Shown piece by piece: positions 40,377 to 46,608 of a DNA stretch of 46,608 nt. The stretch's first letter is position 1. Each line of letters begins with the position of its first letter. The DNA lies in sequence record SRR20825010_448; one strand, written 5' to 3'. The position numbers and the translations under genes are program-made. Under the pieces are notes generated by a model. It ran no database searches. It saw nothing but the letters and a program-made list of their open reading frames with translations, and was not told where the DNA came from.

Positions 40377-41456
40377 ATGTATATCGTGACCAATCGAACC
40401 GTCAATGAAAGCAAACACACAGAGAGTGAAGCCTTTGGCAGCAAGCCCATTGAAGGCCCCAACGAGTTGCGGCTGGCGGAGGCATCCCGCCGGCGAAACC
40501 GCTGGCATATCGATATCCTGCCTGACCAGATCACACCGCAAATGGCGAGGAGTGTCGATCTTAATCCCGACAATATCTATCCGGCCAGCGCCTACGTGGC
40601 TCGCAAATTGATCGAGAAATCCGGCCAGGGCACTGGTGCGCGCCCGAACGGAAGAAACCTTTTGTTGTTTGTTCATGGCTACAACAACGATATGACTGAC
40701 GTTCTTGATCGTGCCGAAAGGCTGGAGCAGAACTTCGGTGTTGAAGTCATTGTGTTCAGCTGGCCCGCCAATGGCGGAGGATTGCATGGTGTGCTCAGCT
40801 ACAAGAGCGACAAGCGGGACGCCCTCGCCTCGGTAGGGGCATTCAATCGCGTGCTGGAGAAGCTGGAAGCCCTGGTGAGCGACTTTCATGCGCAGTACGT
40901 GATCGATCTGGAGGCGCGTGCGGAAGCCCGTTTTGCAGACAACGCCGCCGCGTGGGACCGCTACTTTGCGAAGGAAGTCGAGAAGCACTGCCCATTCACC
41001 GTGAATCTGATGTTGCACAGCATGGGGAACTATCTCTACAAGCATTTGCTGGGGAGTTCCGTGTACAGCGGAGATCGGCTGCTGTTTGATAACGTTGTGA
41101 TGGTGGCCGCGGACACCAACAATGAAAACCACGCCGAGTGGGTGGACCGAATTCCCTACCGCAACCGCCTCTATATCACCATCAATGAAAACGACGGCGC
41201 CTTAAAGGCTTCACGCCTGAAAATGGGCGAACAGCAAAAAGCCAGGCTTGGCCACTACCTGCGCCGGCTGGACTCCAGGGTGGCGACCTATATCGACTTT
41301 ACCAGCCAGCCTCATGTCGGTGATTCCCATGCCTACTTCGAGGCGTCGCCGTTAAAGAATGCGAAAGTTCTGGATTTTTTCAAAGCATCGTTGAATGGAA
41401 AAGTGGCTGAGAAGTCGACGCGTTATGATCCATCACGAAACGTTCACCGATTGTGA
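40377..41456 (+). CDS. Alpha/beta hydrolase (DUF900-like)
   Basis: YIVTNR, FVHGYNN, FSWP, nucleophile HSMG, AAD and C-terminal HAYF. ATG 40377 follows AAGGA. Confidence 0.8.
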   Translation: MYIVTNRTVNESKHTESEAFGSKPIEGPNELRLAEASRRRNRWHIDILPDQITPQMARSVDLNPDNIYPASAYVARKLIEKSGQGTGARPNGRNLLLFVHGYNNDMTDVLDRAERLEQNFGVEVIVFSWPANGGGLHGVLSYKSDKRDALASVGAFNRVLEKLEALVSDFHAQYVIDLEARAEARFADNAAAWDRYFAKEVEKHCPFTVNLMLHSMGNYLYKHLLGSSVYSGDRLLFDNVVMVAADTNNENHAEWVDRIPYRNRLYITINENDGALKASRLKMGEQQKARLGHYLRRLDSRVATYIDFTSQPHVGDSHAYFEASPLKNAKVLDFFKASLNGKVAEKSTRYDPSRNVHRL

Positions 41457-41465
41457 TTGCGAACT

Positions 41466-42317
41466 TCAGTTGACCCCAAATCGCCGCTCTCGCTCAAACC
41501 GGAAGAATCCGTCCCGTTCTTCAAGGGCAATGGTTTTGGCAGAGCGCCCGAAGTGTTCTGCACGCAAATCGTTCAGCGCTTCATCCAGTTGATCTCCTGA
41601 ATAGCGCCGGGCAAGTTGGTTTCGCTCGGCCATGTAGGCTTTGCCATTTTGCCAGCGTTCATTGCGTTGCTGGTCCTGCTTTGAAAGGCGACTGATCGCT
41701 TCTTCCGGATAGCCCATCTGGCGGCGCAGGCTGTTGATACGTTCCTGGCGGGCGTCTGCTGATAAGGTGTGGAGGCGGCTCTGAACGGCGTCGAGGCTGA
41801 ACAGTGTGCGAGCCATCACGTCCGGGCCAATAAGCTGTCGGGCCATATCGTTGTTGTAAAGCTGTTCTACGGAGGTTTTAAGCTGGTGCGCGGTTTCTTC
41901 CAGGGTGATTTCGTGGGCCTGGTCCAGTCGCTGCAGTTCCGCCTGGAAGGCGTCCTGGTTCGCATGCATGGGAGACTCCCGCTCGCCCCATATACGGCTG
42001 GCGTCGTCACCGAACAGTGCCTCCCGTTTTTCCCAGAGCGCTGTCTGGCGTTCGAGCATGGGCATGCCCTGCAACAGTAGCCGGTTATCTTCCAGCCATT
42101 GCTCGTAGGCTGAAAGCTTTGCAAGGTCTTCTTTGCCCAGGGCTGATGGCCCCTGCGATTGGGCCGGCGGTGATGTGGCTGGTTGACTGGACGGCGCCTG
42201 AGTGGAAGAGGTCTCGGACGTTAAAGGCTGTACGGGCGTTGTTGGAAGGCCAGGAATAAAGCCGGCTGTGCCCAGGATCACCACGGCCAGCCCTGAAAGC
42301 CAAAGGGATGTTTTCAC
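41466..42317 (-). CDS. Lipase chaperone (Lif/foldase)-like protein
   Basis: N-terminal membrane anchor and Pro/Ser/Thr linker, then a helical domain with REALFG..A and EEAISRL...D..R...W...Y..ER....L..LR..HF like the Lif C-terminus. GTG start after AGGA. Confidence 0.65.
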   Translation of the reverse strand: MKTSLWLSGLAVVILGTAGFIPGLPTTPVQPLTSETSSTQAPSSQPATSPPAQSQGPSALGKEDLAKLSAYEQWLEDNRLLLQGMPMLERQTALWEKREALFGDDASRIWGERESPMHANQDAFQAELQRLDQAHEITLEETAHQLKTSVEQLYNNDMARQLIGPDVMARTLFSLDAVQSRLHTLSADARQERINSLRRQMGYPEEAISRLSKQDQQRNERWQNGKAYMAERNQLARRYSGDQLDEALNDLRAEHFGRSAKTIALEERDGFFRFERERRFGVN

Positions 42318-42343
42318 GAATTGTTTTCCTGTTCGCCGGTTGT

Positions 42344-42377
42344 CAGGGGGCCTTTCAACATCGTCGACGGCCCCCTG
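42344..42377 (-). other. GC-rich intercistronic inverted repeat between the SGNH gene and the chaperone gene
   Basis: cagggggcc...ggccccctg 9-bp arms; no clear U-tract on the minus strand. Confidence 0.5.
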
Positions 42378-42383
42378 GTTGAG

Positions 42384-43163
42384 TTACAGCAACGGCTGTA
42401 GTTTCGGCCAGATCAGCTCCGCGATCTTTTGGGAGCCACTATCGGCTGGGTGTATGCCATCGAAGATGATGTCGCTCTCCGCCACCACCTGTCTTGGGTC
42501 TACGAAGGTGCAGTCGAGAGTGGAATATTCGCAGGCCCTGGCGAGGATTTTGTTGCCGTAGTCGACCGCCTGTTTCATGCTTTTAAGACGAAAAAGGCCG
42601 TTCTTGGTGTAGTAGTAACCCACCAGCACACCGTTCTCCACGCCCGCATCGGACAATTCGTTCAGATAGTTCACTCCGTCCACATACAGATCATCGATCA
42701 GATCCTTGCATTTGCTGCTAAGGCGGCCGAACTGGTACCACTGGGTTTTGCAGTTGTGTGGGTCAAGGGCAATCGCTGGAATAAGGATGTCGTTGCCGCC
42801 GCCATTGCCAACCATGGTGCGGATGTCGGGATTGTCCTCCTGCGCGGTGGCGAACTGCTCGACAACAGAGGGCGCGATAAACCCGCCGGTGAGTTCGGCG
42901 CCGGAGACCGTGTAGCGGCGGAAGGTTTCCCCGGCCTTTGCTTCCAGTTCGTCCTGGATCTTACCTGACAGGGCAAAAATTGAGTCGCCCAGGAATATCA
43001 CCTGATCGTTATCCGCATCGGAGACCTGGGGATTGCTGAGCAGTTGTCCCAGCTGGCCGCAGCCTGTCATGGCCAAGGCCATCGCAGTGACCGCCAGGAG
43101 TCGAAACAGGGAGCGATGCTTGGAAGATGAGTCTCTTTCGTCACAGTGTCGGATCTTGTTCAT
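42384..43163 (-). CDS. SGNH/GDSL hydrolase lipoprotein
   Basis: Lipobox MTGC; blocks FLGDSI (I), VSGA (II), GGGND (III) and DGIHP (V). ATG 43163 follows GGAGA. Confidence 0.85.
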   Translation of the reverse strand: MNKIRHCDERDSSSKHRSLFRLLAVTAMALAMTGCGQLGQLLSNPQVSDADNDQVIFLGDSIFALSGKIQDELEAKAGETFRRYTVSGAELTGGFIAPSVVEQFATAQEDNPDIRTMVGNGGGNDILIPAIALDPHNCKTQWYQFGRLSSKCKDLIDDLYVDGVNYLNELSDAGVENGVLVGYYYTKNGLFRLKSMKQAVDYGNKILARACEYSTLDCTFVDPRQVVAESDIIFDGIHPADSGSQKIAELIWPKLQPLL

Positions 43164-43341
43164 TGTTGTGTCTCCGTTGTTGGGGATGAATGGTGCCTGG
43201 CGAGGCGCCATTCATTTGCAACTTGCACAAATTATGATCAGTCCGACAGGTCGGAAGTGGCCGTTTTTTTGTCTTTTTCGGCGGGATGAGCTGGAGTGTG
43301 ACTGGCCTCTCGAAACGATGTGTTCGCTTTTGAACGGTAGG

Positions 43342-44367
43342 TTATGGCCGGGAGTGACCGGTGAGCTCATTCAGCAATTCAGAAGCACTCCAGGTTTTTT
43401 CTGTTTCCTCCCGTTGATGCATCAATCGCACGAGTTTGCGGTTGACCGGTGCGTCCGTACCCAGCTTTTCCGCCAGTTTCAACACTTCGCCATTGATCCA
43501 GTCAATTTCGGTTGGGCGCCCCGCCTGAAGGTCTTCCCACATGGACGAACGTGCAACAGGATCGATGGTAAGCATCCGTTTGGCCAGCCGGGTAAACAGC
43601 CAATCTGGTAGTGACATCACGGAAGGAATCAGTTTGGTAGGCAGGCCTGTGAGTTTTACCGTGGGTATGCCTGCCTCTTTGAGGAGCTCTAGCGTCTCTC
43701 TCTGAGCCATCGCCAGGCAGCGGCGATAGTCCCGTTGTGACAGCTCTTCCAACAGCGAAACGCCAGAGAGGGCGTTGACCGGGTTATTCAGATTGAGTAA
43801 TAGCTTGGACCACATCACCGATTCGATATCGCGTCGCAGTTCCAGGGGGAGCCCTGCATGCTCAAACCAGGGCAGGGCCGGTTGCAGTGACGGGTGTCGG
43901 TCGGCCATCAGGTGGCCTTCGGTGCCTTGATGGAAATACCCCGGCTCCTGTTGCAGCACGTTGAACGGAACCATCCCGGCCAATACGTTGGCGTTGGGCA
44001 TAGCGGCCTGGAGGTGCTCTGCGTTGGAGATTCCGTTTTGCAGGCTGACCACCGGTATGCCCTCGCTCACCCAGGGCGCGAGCTGTTTGCCGGCCTCGGA
44101 GGTGGCGGCGGATTTGACCGTTACCAGCACAAGATCGGCGTTGCCCGCCGCCTCTGCAGAGGTCACATACTGATGCTCGGCCAGTCGGCTGTGGAAGCGA
44201 AATCCTTCATAGTCAGTGACCGTCAGTGGAGAGGTTCGAAGGCGCTCCTGCATGGTCTTTCGGCCCACCATGACCACGTTTACACCGGAAGAAAGCAGCC
44301 TGCCTCCGAGGTAACAGCCGATACTGCCAGCGCCAAATATAACGACCTTGAAAGAACTCTGCGTCAC
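43342..44367 (-). CDS. panE: 2-dehydropantoate 2-reductase family protein
   Basis: GAGSIG, VTVKS, SLQNG, WSKLLLN and SSMWEDL..GRPTEIDWINGE. Start placed at GTG 44367. Confidence 0.85.
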   Translation of the reverse strand: MTQSSFKVVIFGAGSIGCYLGGRLLSSGVNVVMVGRKTMQERLRTSPLTVTDYEGFRFHSRLAEHQYVTSAEAAGNADLVLVTVKSAATSEAGKQLAPWVSEGIPVVSLQNGISNAEHLQAAMPNANVLAGMVPFNVLQQEPGYFHQGTEGHLMADRHPSLQPALPWFEHAGLPLELRRDIESVMWSKLLLNLNNPVNALSGVSLLEELSQRDYRRCLAMAQRETLELLKEAGIPTVKLTGLPTKLIPSVMSLPDWLFTRLAKRMLTIDPVARSSMWEDLQAGRPTEIDWINGEVLKLAEKLGTDAPVNRKLVRLMHQREETEKTWSASELLNELTGHSRP

Positions 44368-44392
44368 GGGCTTTGCCTTATTGTTTTCCCAG

Positions 44393-44421
44393 ATAGTGGA
44401 AGGGCTGCCCGCGAGAGTCAA
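44393..44421 (-). promoter_or_regulatory. Candidate sigma70 promoter for the panE-family gene
   Basis: Minus strand TTGACT (44421-44416), 17-nt spacer, CACTAT (44398-44393). Confidence 0.4.
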
Positions 44422-44473
44422 CTGTCGGGGCTCCGGCAACAAGCTGGCGGAGCCATGTTTTGGTGGTTCCGTG

Positions 44474-44815
44474 TCAGATGCTGTTCGGGTTCCGAGGCAT
44501 GGCAACCAGCCGTTTTGGCTGGAAGGCCCGCAGTGTCAGATAGGCGAGTGGCGCAATCACGCCAAGGAGTGGCGTGGCGATCAGGAAGGGGGCAAAGCTC
44601 CTGAATTGCCCGCCCTGGGCAACATGATCGCGGTACAGAAAGTACATCAGCAAAAGCAGGGCTATGCCCAGATCGAGGACCACCTGCAGCGATTCCGTTT
44701 CGGTGAACAGGCTGAGGAACCATTGCCAAAAGTTCTGATCCGAGGTGGCCAGCACCCATAGTGTGAAGCTGGTGAACAGTACGAAAACCAGTGGAACGAC
44801 GCGAGTCAGTATCAT
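44474..44815 (-). CDS. DUF2834-like small membrane protein
   Basis: Hydrophobic helices with the Q..LDL.IA..L..YRD..P..G..PL.YL.LR pattern; GGAGG RBS. Confidence 0.65.
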   Translation of the reverse strand: MILTRVVPLVFVLFTSFTLWVLATSDQNFWQWFLSLFTETESLQVVLDLGIALLLLMYFLYRDHVAQGGQFRSFAPFLIATPLLGVIAPLAYLTLRAFQPKRLVAMPRNPNSI

Positions 44816-44924
44816 GGCAGTGTGCCTCCGTGTACGGGGTGTAAAAATTGGTTATGCTCTCGACAAAGATCATGCGCTTGTAGCCATACCGGCGCACTTC
44901 CCGATAAGGTAAAGGTCACGCAAC

Positions 44925-45728
44925 ATGACTGTCAGCGAAACGTCGATTTCCCGAGGTGGCGAACACAGCGCGTTTGGTCACAAGTTGCGGTATTGGCGAC
45001 GCCACCGGGGCATGAGCCAGTTGGATCTGGCGCTGGAAGCGGACATATCACCCCGGCACCTGTCCTTTATTGAAACCGGTCGTTCCCGCCCCAAGCGGGA
45101 CTTGGTACTGAAACTGGCGGGAACCCTTGAGGTTCCCTTGCGTGAGCGCAATGAAATGTTGATGGCTGCGGGGTTGCCAGCGGCCTATTTCGAGGAGGAC
45201 TACGACAGCAAGGAACTGGCGGTCTATCGCAAGGCCATTCATGAGCTGATTACCAATCATCAGCCATATCCCGCCCTGGTGCTCAATCGCTGGGGCGATG
45301 TGGTGGATGGCAACGCGACGGCATTTCTGATGTTTCCTGAGTTCAAAGTAGACCCGCCTGCCAATCTCTATCGCGAGTATCTGTCCTCAACGAAATGGAA
45401 AGAACTGGTCGTAAACTGGGACGAGGTGGCCTGGGCGGCCTATGAACACCTTGCCAATGATGCCTCCCGCTACCACGGGGACAAGCGTATGCAGTCGCTT
45501 ATTCAGGAAGTCCAGGATCTGTTGCGAAAGACCCCCAGGCCGGATTTGATGCCGGCGAGTCCGTCGATCCACACGCGCCTGAATATGGGTGGAGACATCC
45601 TGGAAACCACCACAATGATTGCGCACTTCGGGCCCGTGAACGATGTGTTCCTCTCGGAGCTACGGGTCGAGATGATCTTTCCCGCCAACGACAATGCCCG
45701 GCGATTTTTCTCTCAACTTGAGGGTTGA
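44925..45728 (+). CDS. XRE-family regulator with MmyB-like ligand-binding domain
   Basis: WRRHRGMSQLDLAL.A.ISPRHLSFIETGRS.P, PLRERN, H.PYPALVLNRW and ELRVE..FPA. Confidence 0.87.
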   Translation: MTVSETSISRGGEHSAFGHKLRYWRRHRGMSQLDLALEADISPRHLSFIETGRSRPKRDLVLKLAGTLEVPLRERNEMLMAAGLPAAYFEEDYDSKELAVYRKAIHELITNHQPYPALVLNRWGDVVDGNATAFLMFPEFKVDPPANLYREYLSSTKWKELVVNWDEVAWAAYEHLANDASRYHGDKRMQSLIQEVQDLLRKTPRPDLMPASPSIHTRLNMGGDILETTTMIAHFGPVNDVFLSELRVEMIFPANDNARRFFSQLEG

Positions 45729-45784
45729 ACACTGCAGTGGTGAGTCCGTATAACGGACCTTTAGCCAAATAACCGGAGGTTTCC

Positions 45785-46456
45785 ATGCCTGAACAAAGAA
45801 CCGTTGTGATTACCGGCGCCAATCGCGGCATCGGCCTTGAGTTGGCTCGTCACTTTGCAGGTGAAGGCTGTGACGTGATCGGCGTATGCCGGGAAGCGTC
45901 CCCCGAGCTCAAGGAGGTGGCGGCTCGAGTCATTGAGTCTGTTGACGTCACCACGGCAAGCGGACTTCAGTCTTTGATTGACGGAGTGAAGGGCCAGTCG
46001 ATCGATCTGCTGATCAATAATGCCGGCCTGCTGCAGGATGAAAAGCTGGGCAGCATTGATTTCGATTCCATTCGTACTCAGATGGAAATCAACGCTTACG
46101 CGCCATTGAGGGTGGCGGAAGCGCTGGTGTCCCAGATACCGTACGGCGGTAAGATTGCCAATATCACCAGCCGGATGGGCTCGATCGCGGACAACGACTC
46201 CGGTGGCCGCTATGGCTATCGCGCGTCCAAGGCGGCGCTGAACGCCTTCGGCAAGTCCCTGGCGATGGATCTTAAACCAAAGGGCATTGCGGTGGCCCAG
46301 CTCCATCCCGGTTATGTGCAAACCCGCATGGTGAACTTCGGCGGACTGATTACGCCTGAGGAGTCAGCAAAGGGGTTAGCCGCGAGAATCGAAGGTCTGA
46401 ACCTGGAAAACACGGGATCCTTCTGGCACAGCAATGGTGAGGAGTTGCCTTGGTAA
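45785..46456 (+). CDS. Short-chain dehydrogenase/reductase (CsgA/C-factor-like)
   Basis: TGANRGIG, NNAG, SRMGSI, YRASK and LHPGYVQT; GGAGG RBS. Confidence 0.9.
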   Translation: MPEQRTVVITGANRGIGLELARHFAGEGCDVIGVCREASPELKEVAARVIESVDVTTASGLQSLIDGVKGQSIDLLINNAGLLQDEKLGSIDFDSIRTQMEINAYAPLRVAEALVSQIPYGGKIANITSRMGSIADNDSGGRYGYRASKAALNAFGKSLAMDLKPKGIAVAQLHPGYVQTRMVNFGGLITPEESAKGLAARIEGLNLENTGSFWHSNGEELPW

Positions 46457-46483
46457 GGATTTATCGGACGGGACACCCAAACG

Positions 46484-46510
46484 AAAAAAGGCAGCCGAAG
46501 CTGCCTTTTT
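46484..46510. terminator. Bidirectional intrinsic terminator
   Basis: aaaaaa-ggcagc-cgaa-gctgcc-ttttt between the convergent SDR and cold-shock genes. Confidence 0.88.
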
Positions 46511-46529
46511 CAAACGTGCTGGCTGTTAA

Positions 46530-46608
46530 TTAAACAGCAACGACGTTCTCTGCCTGAGGACCTTTCTGGCCGTCAGTTACGGTGAACTCAACCTGCTGGC
46601 CTTCTGCC
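46530..46608 (-). CDS. Cold-shock protein (CspA family), 3' fragment
   Basis: The minus strand translates AEGQQVEFTVTDGQKGPQAENVVAV*. The 5' part lies beyond the window, so it is absent from the ORF track. Confidence 0.9.
   Translation of the reverse strand, partial: AEGQQVEFTVTDGQKGPQAENVVAV

Noticed and set aside
44368-44505. N-terminal extension of PanE in the ORF track (likewise atoE 1354-1425 and nuoCD 20127-20177)
   Set aside because: It overlaps a neighbouring gene or promoter, and better-placed downstream starts exist.
1-46608. CRISPR array, IS/transposase, integrase, tRNA, rRNA, known riboswitch or anti-phage defence genes
   Set aside because: I found no repeat-spacer periodicity, mobility motifs or recognisable RNA consensus by eye. 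The MORN and propeller repeats are protein-level. An Infernal/Rfam scan of the intergenic regions would be decisive.

Overview
A gene-dense chromosomal window from a moderately GC-rich gammaproteobacterium. Gene content and protein style suggest Marinobacter or a relative (inference). I saw no rRNA, tRNA, CRISPR array, IS or integrase. From left to right it holds: an AtoE-type short-chain fatty acid transporter divergent from a TRAP dctPQM operon; a more AT-rich DUF4239-like membrane gene; a tautomerase/NTF2-like/GST operon divergent from LysR plus a nitronate monooxygenase-family gene; an OsmF/YehZYXW osmoprotectant ABC operon with an appended LysE; a YdeI/OmdA protein, a MORN-repeat C13 peptidase, a dual winged-helix regulator and a beta-propeller; an MFS transporter; a 75-aa orphan resembling the GyrA/ParC N-terminal winged helix; a complete 13-gene nuoA-N complex I operon with fused nuoCD; an OmpR-family two-component pair converging on an LTA-synthase-family gene, with matching 11-bp-period TGACAA arrays upstream of both; an AI-2E transporter and MtfA peptidase; a DUF900-like hydrolase; an SGNH lipoprotein paired with an atypical lipase-foldase-like protein; panE, DUF2834, XRE/MmyB and SDR genes; and the 3' end of a cold-shock gene. 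The best novelty candidates are the GyrA-like mini-protein, the SGNH hydrolase plus Lif-like chaperone pair, the two-component/LTA-synthase regulon with visible operator arrays, and the dual-wHTH/propeller module. All family calls come from motif recognition, not database searches.
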